Source: Anaeramoeba ignava BMAN
Lineage: Eukaryota; Protista; Anaeramoebae
Length of the DNA: 64,000 bases
NCBI GenBank assembly: GCA_028826165.1
Contig: JAPDFW010000077.1
Location: 248,001 to 312,000 of the forward strand
Direction of reading: 5' to 3'
Numbering within the stretch: position 1 is the first letter of the stretch; each line of letters opens with the position of its first letter. Made by a program: the position numbers and the translations under genes. Positions 33,514 to 48,504 of this stretch are shown one piece after another. The notes under the pieces were generated by a model, which was given only the letters and a program-made list of their open reading frames with translations, did no database searches and was not told the origin of the DNA.

Positions 33514-36500
33514 TCAATTAGATTTAACAAATCCAAAAACTTCAACAATATCAGGAATAAATTGATAAGAACCAGCAAGAAAAGTTTTAGCATCATCACT
33601 TCCTTTTTCAAAACCAACACCAAAACAACTTTCAATTTCTGATTTACAATCCAAAAAATCATTTTGTAAAATCAAATCAGTTGATCCAAATTTAATTGAA
33701 TTTTCAGAAGAAAAAATACATTTAGAATTTTCACCAATAAAAGGAATTTTTGTATCATAAAATAAATTGAATAAAAAGCTTTTCGTTGATCCAAAAAATT
33801 TTTGTTCGCAATTAATAGAAGTAGAAACAAATCCGCCAAAAATTTGCTCATTTTTTTTTAATAGAAAAACAACTGGTCCTGAATTATCAATAAAATCATG
33901 CATTTTCTTAATTGAAAAACCGTCTCTTGAAGATGAATATAATAGAGCTGTCTCAGGTTGAGTTTTGAAAGGCAAGCATAAGAAAAGTACAGATTCCAAT
34001 CCTGTTCCTGAAAGTATCTCGGAATCTGCAAACGGATTCTCATTAATTTCAACGTCCATTTTTAACAATTTTTTTTCACGACTTTCTGCTTCTTCAATCA
34101 TTGAGATCACTCGTGGAAGCTTTAGAATAGCATCAAAAGCAGGTGAGAGTTGGATTTTCCCGTCTTTGGGAAAAAAAGGAGAATCAAATGTTGTTTGGGA
34201 GTTTACTTGGTTCATCGTATTTTTTAACGAATGGGGAATTTGTTTTTCTGGTTTTTGAGGTGTTAAAAATTTGTTTGTGGATTCAATTTGAGTTTGATTT
34301 TTGTTGTTGTTGATTTTTCTTCAATGCTGAGTTCCACAACCCAAACACCTTTTCTTTTTGTCTTGATTTTTGTTGAACACCAAGAATCGGCGAGTCAAAT
34401 GCTCCGAAGCTTTCCTGAACAGTGGGTTCTCCTGTCAAAGGAACAATACTTTCGCGTTTTTTGGGAGTTTGATGATAAGTTTTTTTCTCTCCAGAAGACT
34501 TTTGGTTCTCAAACAAGACGCCAGCACTTCTAAAGAGAGATTTTCTGAGACGAGAAGATGTTTTAGTTGGAATATTAGGTGTTTTAGTGAATGTATTTTG
34601 AGATGGAAATTTTAAAGTTTGAAAATCTTCTGGATTAAATTGGTTCTTGACTTGAGTCTCTGCAGACAGAAAAGCCTCAGTGGTATATTCTCCGTTATCG
34701 GTTTTCTTCAAGATTTTAAGTGCGCCATCTAATATAATGTCGTTATTAACCTCAATATTGGTTCTAATTTGACTAGGAATTTAAAATTTCTTTTCTGAGT
34801 CTCACATGACGATCCCAAGAGGCAATAAACGCAAGAGGAGATTGAATTTCTTGTTGACGGTTTAAAAACCCGAGCAACCAATCAATTTCCTTTTCCTGAC
34901 GTTGTAAATTTGTAAGGTCGCTATTGAGCACTTCGAGCTTTTTTTCAGTGATTCCATCAATAGAGCTAATGATCTGATTCATAATTTCTCTTGTACGCGC
35001 TTTGATATTTTCTCCATTTGTCTCGATCTCGCTGATTCTTTTTTTCACTGCAATTGTTTGTTTTGAGATTGAGGATTTTCGTTGAAGAAGGAGTGGATCA
35101 GGTTTTTTGGAAGTCTTTAAAATATTAGAATAAGCGTGTTTGATTGAGACAAGTTTGTGTGTTGAACTTTCTCCTGTGGAATGATTCCCCACCATTTTGC
35201 AGTGCACACATAGTGCCATTTTGCATGTGGGACAGTAGAATTCGATATTTTGATCTGAATGATAAAAGCATTTTTCTGTTATTTCTTCAGCTTCAGATAT
35301 CGGTATTCTTACATGTCTTTGTAATAATTTATTGGATGAATGATATTCTTCATCACATGCTTTGCAAAATCTTGCTTGATCGTTTTGACACCAAATTATT
35401 GCTGGTTTTTTTTCACAAAAATCACAAAGAGGTTTCTAAATTGATTTTAATTTTAATTTTGAATTTAATTTTAATTTTAATTTTAATTTTAATTTTAATT
35501 TTAATTTTAATTTTAATTTTGATTTAGATTTAAATTTAGATTTTGATTTAGATTTAGATTTTAATTTATATTTATATTTATATTTAGGTTTTAATTTTAA
35601 TTTTAATTTTAATTTTGATTTAGATTTAAATTTAGATTTTGATTTTGATTTATATTTTGATTTAGATTTAGATTTAGATTTATATTTAGATTTATATTTT
35701 AATTTTGATTTAGATTTTGATTTAGATTTAAATTTTGATTTTGATTTTGATTTTGATTTAGATTTAGATTTAGATTTAGATTTAGATTTTGATTTAGATT
35801 TAGATTTAGATTTATATTTTGATTTTAATTTTAATTTATATTTTAATTTTAATTTTAATTTTAATTTAGATTTAGATTTAGATTTAGATTTATATTTTGA
35901 TTTTAATTTTAATTTATATTTTAATTTTAATTTTAATTTTGATTTAGATTTAAATTTAGATTTTGATTTTGATTTATATTTTGATTTAGATTTAGATTTA
36001 GATTTAGATTTAGATTTAGATTTAGATTTAGATTTAGATTTAGATTTAGATTTAGATTTTGATTTAGATTTAGATTTAGATTTAGATTTATATTTTGATT
36101 TTAATTTTAATTTATATTTTAATTTTAATTTTAATTTTAATTTAGATTTAGATTTAGATTTTGATTTAGATTTAGATTTATATTTAGATTTTGATTTAAA
36201 TTTAGATTTAGATTTTAATTTAAATTTTGATTTTGATTTATATTTTGATTTAGATTTAAATTTTGATTTTGATTTTGATTTTAATTTAGATTTAGATTTT
36301 AATTTATATTTAGATTTAGATTTAGATTTATATTTATATTTAAATTTAAATTTAGATTTTGATTTTGATTTTGATTTAGATTTTGATTTAGATTTTGATT
36401 TAGATTTAGATTTTGATTTAGATTTTGATTTTGATTTTGATTTAGATTTTGATTTATATTTAGATTTAGATTCTGATTTTGATTTTGATTTTGATTTTAA

Positions 36501-37138
36501 TTTTGATTTAGATTTAGATTTCAAATGAAAAGTACATTTTTGTTTGTGTTTTGAATTTGTCCATCATCAATCTTAAACTTGACAAAATGAGTTGGAAGAA
36601 TTTTAGATTTTTCAAACAAAACAAATTTATTTGAGAAAAAATCTTGAGAAAAAAAAAGCTTCTTAAAGGAATCAAAAAAATAGGAAGAATTATTAAGGAA
36701 ATTTTGGGAAGAATCACTTTTGAGAGACAAACAATCAAAATCTTTTGGAATATCATCTTTAGATAAAGTTTTATCAGTTAAAAAAGGTCTTTTAATAGCA
36801 ATTTTACAAAGAATAAGTTGATATTGATTTGAAGTATTTTTTTCAAGAAGTAATTGACCCACATTAAAACTTAGACCTTCTTCTGGATCGATAAGAAATC
36901 CACGCGCGAAAATAGATTCAATTGAGTTTGGTGACTTTATTTCTCTTGGATCAACAAATGAATCCAAAATCATCATTTCTGAACTATTTTGTTCAAATGA
37001 TAATGTTAAATGTGGATTGTTAAGTGAATATAATTTTGTTATTTCTAATGTTGGTAAATTTAATCCTAATTGTAATTTATATTCAACTGTTCCAAATTCT
37101 TCTGTTTGTTTTGGAATTCTTGTTCGAAATTGATTCAT
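33514..37138 (-). CDS. PARP-like N-domain + tandem B-box + coiled coil + TLDc protein; intron 35436-36535; two +1 frame breaks (~34783, ~34300)
   Basis: After splicing: LCDFCEKKPAIIWCQNDQARFCKACDEEYH (B-box) and CFYH..FYCPTCKMALCVHCKMVGNH (second B-box); C-terminal LLYSSSRDGFS..QIFGGF..VEVFG (TLDc). Confidence 0.8.
35440..36520 (-). repeat. Hexamer array (plus strand TTTAGA/TTTTGA/TTTTAA/TTTATA) filling the B-box gene intron
   Basis: Directly visible, in unbroken 6-bp register. Confidence 0.95.
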
Positions 37139-37566
37139 TATTATTATTATTATAAAACAAAAAAAAAATGAAAAAATAAAAAATAATTTATTAATTTTAT
37201 TATTTTATTATTTATTTTAACGGTAAGAAAGAAAAAAAAAATTATTTCAATTCTTTTTATTTAAAATTTTTCTCTTTTTTTTTTAATTTTAATTTTAATT
37301 TTAATAAATAATTTATGACTCAGAGATCTTGGTTTATTTCATTAAATAATTCAAAAGCAAATATTATCTTCATCGTCATAATTATTTATTTATATTTATT
37401 TATTATTATTTTTATTTCTTTTTAAAAATTAAAAAAGAAAAAAATGAAAAAATTATTTTTAAAAAAAAATTTTTTTTTTTTCATTTTTTTTTCTCATATT
37501 TTTTTTACTTTCTTTTCAATATAAAATTCCCATTTTTTTTAATTAGAAATAATTTAAAATTTAAAA

Positions 37567-40500
37567 ATGACAAATATTCCAACAATTTATCAAAATAAAG
37601 ATATAAAAAGAAAAAGAAAAAGAAAACAAAAATCAAAATAATGAAAATTTTGAAAAGGAAATAAACAAAACAACAAAAGAAGAAATAAACGGGAAAAAAG
37701 AAAAAAGAACAGAAAAACAAATTGAAGAAGAAATACTGCAGAAAAGTTATCCAATATATACAAATAGATTGATAGGAAAATACTCAACAGATTCAACCCA
37801 AAAACTGCCACCTTTTTCTTCTTCAAATTTTTTAGTGACAGAATCAATAAATTCATCACCAAGATTTATAAGATCAACTCTATATTTAATCCCAAGAACA
37901 AAACAAATACTTGATGAAATAAAAATCCCATTTACAATACTTGTGGAACCATTTGCAAAAATCAAGAAAAATAAATATGAAAAAGAAATAAAAATATTGA
38001 TTTTGGAGACAACGGTCCAATACGTTGTTCCAGATGCCGAGGATATATCTCGGCCTTTACAAAGTTTATCAACAAAGGATATGAATGGGAATGTTCAATT
38101 TGTAATATGATAAATCCTGTTCCTGATTTTTATTATTCTTCAATTGATTCTTTTGGAGATCGTATGGATATCCAAAACAGACCCGAACTTACTCGTGGTT
38201 CTGTGGAGTTTATGGCAACAAAGGATTATTTGTTTGAAGGAGAAGCTTTATCTCCTCCTTCTTTTGTATTTCTTATCCAAATGAATCATTATTCCATTCA
38301 TTCAGGAATTCATCAAAATATTCTTTGTGGAATTGAAAAGTCTGTTCAAAATTTACCTCAAAATTCAAGAATTGGAATAATTCTTTATGATCAATATATT
38401 AAGTTTTTTGGTTTCCATTTAAATACTGAACCAGAAATGATATTAATCAATGATTCTCAGGATGTATTTCTTCCTATTCCACAAGAATATTTATTAACAA
38501 ATAACATTGGTCAATTTCTTCGAGTTTTAAAAATGATTCAAAATTTAAATATGGAAGAAAATACAGGGAATTCTATTAATTTTAAATCTGCAATCAAGGC
38601 TGCGAGTTTAATTCTTGTAAATTTATATTGATTTCAACATTCCAATTCCAATTCCAATTTAAAATTCCAATTCCAATTCAATTTTAATTCCAATTCAATT
38701 TTAATTTAAAATTCAAATTAAAAATTTAAAATTCAATTTTGATTTCAATTCAATTTTAATTTAAAATTCAAATAATTAAAAATTTAAAATTCAAATTCAG
38801 GAAAAAATTGGAGGTGAAATTATTCTATTTTATAATTCTTTATCTTTAGCTGATCTAGAATCATTTGGTGATACAATAAATGAAAAGGAAAAGGAAAAAG
38901 AGGATGAAAGAAAATTCTATACACCCCGAAATGATTATTATACAAAATTAGCACATTTTTATAATGAAAAAAGGATTTGCATGAACATTTTTGCATTCCA
39001 ATATACAAATTTAGAATTGGCAACAATTTGTATACAATTCAATTCAATACTTTTTTTTCTGAAATTTGATTTTAAAATATTTTAAAATATTTTTTAATAT
39101 TTTTGAATAAAACAAAAGCTGAACTTGCTAAATCTACCGGAGGACTTCTAAATTATTACGAAAATTATTATAACGATAGAGATGGCGAATATTTACAAAA
39201 GGAAATTATGAATTTATTTTCAAAAACAATGGGATTTGGTGTTCAAATGAAACTCCGAACAAGCATTGGTAAAAATAATGAAATTGAAGAATGAAAGAAT
39301 GAAAGAAAAAAAATTTTGAGAAAATCAAGTTTAATATTAATTTCAATTCAAACAAAAAAAAATAATTTATATAAAAAGGAGTTTCCGTTCAAGAAATTTA
39401 TGGACATTTTGAAAAAAATGAATTTTTTATTTATTGTTCTTCAATGAGAGAAGGGCAATCAGTTGCATTTAATCTTGGAATTGAAAATAATTTACAAGAA
39501 AACTCAAAGATATTTATTCAATTTGCAATGCTTTATACAACAACAGAAGCCCAAAAAAGAATTAGGGTTTTTAATTTAGCTTTTGAAACATCAAATATTA
39601 TTAATCATATTATTAAATCTGCAGATCAAGAAATTATTACCAATATTATCGCTAAAAAATCAATTAATCATCTTTCTAGTCTTTCTATTTTGAAAATAAG
39701 AGAAGAAATTACTCAAAAATGTATTGATATTTTCTTGGCTTATAAAAAAAATGGTGATAATAAAAATCCAAGAATTCTTGTTTTTCCTGAAAGATTACGT
39801 TATTTGATATTATATTGCTTGGGGTTGATTAAAAATACATTATTTAATCCAAGGTTGATTTCGATTCAAAATTTAATTCAAAAAGAAAAATCAATTCAAT
39901 TCAAAAAAAAAATCAATTCAAAATTTAATTCAATATTCAATTCAATTCAATTCAATATTTAATTCAATTTAATTCAATTTAATTCAATTTAATTCAATTC
40001 AATATTTAATTCAATATTCAATTTAATTCAATTCAATTCAATTTAATTCAATTCAATTTAATTTAATTCAATTCAATTCAATATTCAATTTAATTCAATA
40101 TTCAATTCAATTCAATTTAATTTAATTCAATATTCAATTCAATTCAATATTCAATTCAATATTCAATTCAATTTAATTCAATTTAATTTAATTCAATATT
40201 CAATTCAATTCAATTTAATATTCAATTTAATTTAATATTCAATTCAATTCAATATTCAATTCAATTTAATTTAATTCAATTTAATTCAATTTAATATTCA
40301 ATTTAATTCAATATTCAATTCAATTTAATTCAATTTAATTTAATTCAATTTAATTTAATTCAATTTAATATTCAATTTAATATTCAATTCAATTCAATAT
40401 TCAATTCAATATTCAATTCAATATTCAATATTCAATATTCAATTCAATTCCAATTCAATTCAATATTTAATTTAATTCAATTTAATTCAATTTAATATTC

Positions 40501-42436
40501 AATTTAATTCAATATTCAATTCAATTTAATTTAATTTAATTCAATATTCAATTTAATTCAATTCAATTCAATTTAATATTCAATTTAATTTAATATTCAA
40601 TTTAATTCAATATTCAATTCAATATAATTTAATTCAAAATTTAATTCAATATTCAATATTCAATATTCAATATAATTTTAATTCAATATTCCAATTCAAT
40701 TCATTTAATTCAATATTCATTCAATATTTAATATTCAATTTAATTTAATTCAATTTAATTTAATTCCAATTTTAATTCAATTTCCAATTTAATATTCAAT
40801 TCAATTCAATATTCAATTCAATATTCAATTCAATATTCAATATTCAATTTCAATTTACCCATTTAATTTCAATTCATTATTCAATTCCAATTCAATTCAA
40901 TTTATTCAATTCAATTCAATATATTCAATTCAATTCAATTCATTCGATTCAAATTATTCATTCAATTATCAATTCAATTCATTCCAATATTCAGATTTCA
41001 ATATTCAATTCAATATTCAATTCAATTTAATTCAATTTAATTCAATATTCAATTCAATTCAATTTAATTTAATATTCAATTTAATTCCAATATTCAATTC
41101 AATTTAATTCAATTTAATATTCAATTCCAATATTCAATTCAATATTCAATTCAATTTAATTTTTTTTAATATTAATTTAATATTCAATTTAATTCAATAT
41201 TCAATTTAATTTAATATTCAATTCAATATTCAATTTAATATTCAATATTCAATATAATTTAATTCAATTTAATTTAATTTAATTCAATATTCAATTTAAT
41301 TCAATTCAATTCAATTTAATATTCAATTTAATTTAATATTCAATTCAATTCAATATTCAATTCAATATAATTTAATTCAAAATTTAATTCAATATTCAAT
41401 ATTCAATATTCAATATAATTTAATTCAATATTCAATTCAATTCAATATTTAATTCAATATTCAATTCAATTCAATATTTAATTCAATATTCAATTCAATT
41501 CAATATTCAATTCAATTCAATATTTAATTCAATATTCAATTCAATTCAATATTTAATTCAATATTCAATTCAATATTTAATATTCAATTTAATTTAATTC
41601 AATTTAATTTAATTTAATTTAATATTCAATTCAATTCAATATTCAATTCAATATTCAATTCAATATTCAATATTCAATATTTAATTCAATTCAATTCAAT
41701 TCAATTCAATTCAATTCAATTCAATTCAATATTTAATTTAATTCAATTTAATTCAATTTAATATTCAATTTAATTCAATATTCAATTCAATTTAATTTAA
41801 TTTAATTCAAAAAAAATTTTAGAAAATCTCAAAGAATTAATTTAGATTATAAATATTCAATGAAATTTTATATCGAAACTTTAAATGCACCTTTAACTTC
41901 AATTTTATTTTACCCAAAATTAATTTATTTGAATGATATAATTGAAGAAGAAAATTTAGAACAAAATTATTTTGAAAATACAAAATTATCTTTTTCAAAT
42001 ATAAATCAAAATGGAATTTATTTTATTGATAATGGAATTGAAATGTTTATTTGGTTAAGTTCAGAAATATCAACAGAATTACTTGAAAAATTATTTGGAA
42101 TATCAACATTTTCTTCTATAAAAATTGATCAAGTACCAAAAATTTAAAAAAAGATTATCTTTATTTTCTTTAATTTAAAAAAAAATATTAATTTTTCATT
42201 TTTGAAATTAAAAGTTAAAATTAGTTCTATTTAATCAATATCAATTAAAATTGGATCAATTAATCAAAGAATGTCAAAATTTAAGAACAAAAGTTTCTTG
42301 TTTGAAAATAATTGATAATTCAAAAAGTGATTTATTTGAGAAATTTCTTGTTGAAGATGCAACTCAAAATTTTTATTCTTATCGAGAATTTCTTTCAATT
42401 ATTCATCAACAAATTGAATTAAAATTGAAAGATTAA
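37567..42436 (+). CDS. SEC24: COPII coat protein Sec24, C/D-like; five introns including 38617-38800 and 39854-41822; frame breaks ~37607 and ~37992
   Basis: SSPRFIRSTLYLIP; zinc finger IRCSRCRGYI..WECSIC; RPELTRGSVEF; IQFAMLYTT..KRIRVFN; gelsolin-like GIYFIDNG..FIW; FLVED..SYREFL..IH. Confidence 0.9.
39890..41810 (+). repeat. ~1.9-kb (AATTC/AATTT/AATATTC)n array filling a Sec24 intron
   Basis: Directly visible. Confidence 0.95.
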
Positions 42437-42600
42437 ATTAATTTGTGAATTTTTTTTTGTTTTTTATTTTTTGGATTTTTTAATTAAATTTAAATTAAAA
42501 ATTAAAAATTAAAAATTAAAATTTTTTTTTTAGTTTATTTTTTAAAAATTTCATTTTTTTTCTATCTTTTTTTCATTCATAATTTCCTTTTATTATTTGA

Positions 42601-45380
42601 ATGACTAGTAGTGGTTTTTTTCGATTTGATTATATCTATAAACAAGGCTGGTAATATTATTTAATTTTAATTTAAGATTCTTTTTAATTTTTTGTTTAAA
42701 TTAAAAAAAATTTTTTGTTTTTTCTTTTTTTTTCAAATTTTTTTTTTGCTTTTTTTTAGGTTGTGGAAAAGAGGACATTTTAGAAAGAATTGGAAGAAAA
42801 GATATATGGTTTTACGTGGGAATGTTATTAGCTATTTTCCTAATCAAGTATTTATAATTAAAATGAAATTTATAATTAAAATGAAATTAAAAATTACGAA
42901 TAAAATTCAAATTTAATTCAAATGAAAATCTATATTTAAATTCAAAATTAAATTTAAATTCAAATGAAAATCTATATTTAAATTAAAATCTATGATTAAA
43001 TTCAAAATTAAATTCAAAATTAAATTCAAAATTAAATTCAAAATTAAATTTAAAATTAAATTTAAAATTAAATTCAAAATTAAATTCAAAATCAAAATTC
43101 AAAATCAAATTTAAAACTAAATTCAAAATTAAATTCAAAATTAAATTCAAAATTAAATTCAAAATAAAATTTAAAATTAAATTCAAAATTAAATTCAAAA
43201 TTAAATTCAAAATTAAATTCAAAATTAAATTCAAAATTAAATTCAAAATTAAATTCAAAATTAAATTCAAAATTAAATTCAAAATTAAATTCAAAATTAA
43301 ATTCAAAATTAAATTCAAAATTAAATTCAAAATTAAATCTAAAATTAAATTTAAAATTAAATTTAAAATTAAATTTAAAATAAAAATCAAAATTAAAAAT
43401 CAAAATTAAATTTAAAATTAAATTCAAAATTAAATTTAAAATAAAATTCAAAATTAAATTCAAAATTAAATTCAAAATTAAATTCAAAATTAAATTTAAA
43501 ATTAAATTCAAAATCAAATTCAAAATTAAATTTAAAATTAAATTTAAAATTAAAATTCAAAATTAAATTCAAAATTAAATTCAAAATTAAATTTAAAATT
43601 AAAATTCAAAATTAAATTCAAAATTAAATTCAAAATTAAATTCAAAATTAAATTCAAAATTAAATTCAAAATTAAATTCAAAATTAAATTCAAAATAAAA
43701 TTCAAAATTAAATTCAAAATTAAATTTAAAATTAAATTTAAAATTAAATTCAAAATTAAATTCAAAATTAAATTCAAAATTAAATTTAAAATTAAATTTA
43801 AAATAAAATTTAAAATTAAATTCAAAATCAAATTCAAAATTAAATTTAAAATTAAATTTAAAATTAAAATTCAAAATTAAATTCAAAATTAAATTCAAAA
43901 TTAAATTTAAAATTAAAATTCAAAATTAAATTCAAAATTAAATTCAAAATTAAATTCAAAATTAAATTCAAAATTAAATTTAAAATTAAATTTAAAATTA
44001 AATTCAAAATTAAATTCAAAATTAAATTCAAAATTAAATTCAAAATTAAATTCAAAATTCAAAATTAAATTCAAAATTAAATTCAAAATTAAATTTAAAA
44101 TTAAATTCAATATTAAATTCAAAATCAAATTCAAAATTAAATTCAAAATTAAATTCAAAATTAAATTCAAAATTAAATTTAAAATTAAATTTAAAATTAA
44201 ATTCAAAATTAAATTCAAAATTAAATTCAAAATTAAATTCAAAATTAAATTTAAAATTAAATTTAAAATTAAATTCAAAATTAAATCTAAAATTAAATTA
44301 AATTTAAAATTAAATTTAAAATTAAAATCTATGATTAAATTCAAAATTAAATTTAAAATTAAATTTCAAAATTAAATTCAAAATTAAATTTAAAATTAAA
44401 TTCAAAATTAAATTTAAAATTAAATTTAAAATTAAATTCAAAATTAAATCTAAAATTAAATTCAAAATTAAATTTAAAATTAAATTTAAAATTAAAATCT
44501 ATGATTAAATTCAAAATTAAATTCAAAATTAAATTCAAAATTAAATTCAAAATTAAATTCAAAATTAAATTTAATATTAAATTCAAAATTAAAATTAAAA
44601 TTAAATTCAAAATTAAATTCTAAATTTAATTCAAAATTAAAATCAAAATTAAAATCAAAAATTAAATTCAAAATTAAATTCAAAATTAAAATTAAAATTT
44701 ATATCTTTTAGACAACAGATAACTCTAAAGCAAGAGGATTAATTGATTGTGAAGGAGCAACAATCTCAGATTATCCAAAAAGAACAAATGGATTTTTAGT
44801 TCGAGAAAGTACAGGAAAAGAATTTCCAATGTCAGCAAAATCAGAAGAAGAAAAAAATGAATGGATAGAAGTTTTATCACATGTTTCACAAAATAAAGCA
44901 CCTCCACCAAAACAAACAACAAAATCAAATTCAAATCAAAATTTAAATCAAAATTTAAATCAAAATGAAAATCAAAATCAAAATCAAATTCAAAATTTAA
45001 ATCAAAATCCAAATTTAAATCCAAATTTAAATCAAAATCCTATTGAAAATCCAATTGAAAATCAAACAAATTTATCTCCAGATAATCTACAAAATGTTCA
45101 ACAAAATTCAACTTCTCAATCAGAAAATTTCAATCCAAATAATTCTATTCAAAATATTGATAATAATAATAATAAAATTGATAATCTTAATGATAATATC
45201 ATTAATGATGATAAAAAGAATCAAAATGAAAATTTTAATGAAAATCCTAATCAAGATCAAGATCAAGATCAAGATCAAGATGATGATTCTGATGACGATG
45301 ATGATTCTGATTCTGATTCTGATGATGAGTATAGGAATATGCAAAATCAAGAAGGTGATGAATGGACATTCCAAAAATAA
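42601..45380 (+). CDS. PH-domain protein with N/Q/D-rich tail; exons 42601-42650, 42760-42847, 44712-45380
   Basis: Spliced: YKQGWLWKRGHFRKNWKKRYMVLRGNVISYF..KARGLIDC..MSAKSEEEKNEWIEVL. Confidence 0.88.
42850..44700 (+). repeat. 12-bp minisatellite (AAATTAAATTCA)n filling intron 2 of the PH gene
   Basis: Directly visible; intron 42848-44711. Confidence 0.95.
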
Positions 45381-45611
45381 TAAGATTCCAAAAAAAAAAT
45401 TTTGATATTTTTTTTTTGCTTTTTTCCAAGTTCAAATTTTTTTTTCTTTTTAATATTCCTTTCAACATTTTTGTTATGTTCGTTCACTTTCACTTTCATT
45501 TACTTTTTCTTTTTCTTTTTCTTTTTCATTTTTTAAGGAAAATTATTTTGATTTAAAAATTAAAAACAAAAAATTTATTTGCTTTATTTTATTATTTTAT
45601 TATTTTAAAAA

Positions 45612-47126
45612 TTAAATCAAAGAATCACATAAATGCAAATTTGGAGAATAAAAAAAAGGAATAAAAGATTCACCAAGAAAAGTGAAAATTAAACTTTCGT
45701 TTTTATAAGAATCTTTTTCAATTTCTTTTTTTTCATTTAATAATAAATTTTGTTTTTGGAATTTTAAGTTGGAATTTTTTTTAGAATTTTTTTGCCAATC
45801 CAAATCAAGAGTAAAAACAAGATAATAAGAACCGATTGAAGAAACCAAGAGATGAAAACAATAAAAGGCTTGATATTTCCAGGAGAAGTTGAAGTGATTA
45901 AATTGAATATAATGGTTTATAAATTTCAAAGTAAGAATTTGAATATGAGGTAAAATAACAAGACGAATAGATTCTAAGTCAAGGGAAGCAATTCCAAGAA
46001 GAGAACCGTATAATGAGCGAAAGGAAGAATGAGAATTTAATAAAACGGACAAAAAAACGTTTGAAATTCTTGCTTTTATCTTGTTATTTTGATCCAAAAT
46101 GGAAAGAAATAATTGCGATAAAGTCCGTGAACATAATAAACAAAAATCCGAATAGAGAAGAGATTTAGTGGATTTGATGTTTGCATTTATCAAGCATGTG
46201 ATGATTAGAGGAAGAATCCTGAGGGAAATTTTATCAAGCTTGATTGCTTTATTGCGAATAAAAGATCGAAGCATTTTCATTAAAATGTATAAATTTTCAA
46301 TGTTTTTAACGTTTTGTTTAACATTCTCTTCAATAAAATCAATGAGATAAATTAAAATGGGTTGAATCGACGAATCATTTGCTAGTAAAAAAAGGATTGA
46401 TTCTTTTTCTTCTTTTGAATTACTAAAATAGGTCTGAATTATTTTGTCAAATAGAATTTGCAATTCTTGAGTTATTTTGGAATGACTTGATATTTGTCTC
46501 ACATCAACTTGTATTTCATGAGTTCCATCTCCTGTGATTTTCGAGCCCAAAATAATATTTGATGATTTGCGGACTCGATTTAAATAATCAAATTTTTGCA
46601 ATTTTGTATTTTCCACAATTGGATTCTCAGGAATTTGAGGTTCAACACCCTCAATTGATAACCAGTGAATATATAAAGTTGAATCTATAGGATATTCCTG
46701 TAAAGGTTCGTTAATAATATCTTTAACAAGCAAGGGTCTGTTATTTGTAGAAGTCAATAAAGGGACAAAATCAAAATTTGAATTTAAATTTGACTTTTTT
46801 TTTTAAAAAAAATAAAAATATTAAATTTAATTTTTCTTTTGATTTTTTTTTTTCAATTTTCTTAATCGTTTTGTTTATATCTTCATTTGTATTTCTTTTC
46901 CTCTTTTTTATTTTACCTCGATTTTCTTGATTCTAAATGATGTTTTAATGTCTTGAAGTTCTAATTTTCTTCTTTTACTATGTTTCATTGATTTTTTTGC
47001 ATCCTCAATTATTGAAGTGATTCTAAATAAAAGATCTGAAGCTAAAATTTGTGTTGATGAATCTTTAATAATGATTTGTTGAGAATTTGCAATATTTTGT
47101 ATTGTATTTTTAAATATATCAGACAT
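45612..47126 (-). CDS. TAF6: TFIID subunit 6; one intron ~46794-46916
   Basis: Histone fold IIEDAKKSMKHSKRRKL; HWLSIEGVEPQIPENP; ITQELQILFDKI; DSSIQPILIY. Confidence 0.88.
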
Positions 47127-47171
47127 TAATAAAAAAAAAATAATTTAAATGAGAAAAAATGATAAAAATTT

Positions 47172-47216
47172 TTTTTCATTTTTTTTTCATTTTTTTTCAT
47201 TTTTTTTTTCATTTTT
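47172..47216 (+). promoter_or_regulatory. Tandem TCATT initiator-like elements (clearest example; recurs before nearly all genes)
   Basis: Four TTCATTTT copies directly before ATG 47217; matches the TCA(+1)Y(T/A) Inr known from parabasalids. Confidence 0.65.
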
Positions 47217-48504
47217 ATGACAACAAGTTTAATTTCAGATTTTTCTAGTCATTCTATAAGAGTTAATACAGCAATTAAATTAGTTCCTTCTTCTATTTCT
47301 TTTTTTGGACCAACAAATGAAGTTCAATCTCAAATTTTAACAATTTTAAACAATACAAATAAAAAATTTGGATTTAAAGTTAATTTTTATTTAAATTAAA
47401 ATTTTTATTTAATAATTTAATAATTAAATTAATTTTTTTTTAATTTGAAAAATCTCTTTCTAAAGTTAAAATCAATCGCACAAACAAGATATCATGCAGA
47501 TCCACATTGCGAATATATTTATCCAAAATCAAAAAAAGAAATCAAAAGTGAGATTTAAAAAAATTTATAAAAAAATTTTTTCACTTTTTGATAAAAAGAA
47601 AAAATTCCCACTTTAAATTTTCTTAAAAAAAATTAACTATAATTATTTATCAAATAGTCACATTATTAAAACCTCCAACAAACTGGAAAGAAGCTAAACC
47701 AGACAAATTTCAAATTGAGCTTCTGGAAATTGATCAAATTATACCAACAAAAAATTTAAGTCAACTTGTAATTCAAAAAGAAAAAAATTTGCTTCAAATT
47801 TTATCATTAATTTATTCTCTTTCTTTTAGATTCGCCAAAGTAAACCAACTTATAAATATAGATTCGATGTGTTTTTTAAGCACAAAAATTCCAAATTAAA
47901 TACAAAAGACGAAGATTTAATAAATGATGAAAACGATGAAAATCAAAAAGAAAAAGAAAAAAATCAAGAAGAAAATGAAGAAAAAAATCAAATTCAAAAT
48001 GAAATTGATAAATCAAATTTAAATTTAAATGAAAATCAAAACCAAAATCAAAATCAAAATCAAAGTCAAAGTCAAAGTCAAAATCAAATTAAATCAAATG
48101 ATGAAAATTTCATAACAAAAAAACCAACTGAAAATTCAAATCAAAATGTTACAAAAGTCGAAGAATCAAAATTAAAAAATAGAAATTCAGAAACACAACA
48201 AAATAATCAAGAAAAAACATCAAAGAATTTTGAATCAAATGATTTAATTGAAAGGAATATTATTCAAGATGAAAAATTAGATGAAAAAAAAGAATCAAAA
48301 CCAAATTCAAATTTAAATTTAAAATCAGAATCAAAATCAAATTTAAAATCAAATTTAAAATCAAAATCAAAATCAAAAAATTATCAATTGTTAAAGAGTT
48401 TATTTATTTATTTTTTACACACAAAAAGAGATATAATTTATATTTTTTTGATTTTATTTTGTTCTTGGATATCTTATAATTTGGGGAAAAAAGCAAAAAA
48501 GTAA
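47217..48504 (+). CDS. MSP-domain, tail-anchored VAP-like protein, four exons
   Basis: Spliced: LTILNNTNKKFGFKLKS..RYHADPHCEYIYP..PDKFQIEL (MSP/VAP pattern); C-terminal hydrophobic segment IIYIFLILFCSWISY. Confidence 0.7.

Noticed and set aside
35436-36524. 362-aa Ser/Lys-repeat ORF, and TTTAGA as a telomere-like repeat
   Set aside because: No ATG, wholly inside an intron, and open only because of the hexamer register. The unit is mixed and lacks a G-tract.
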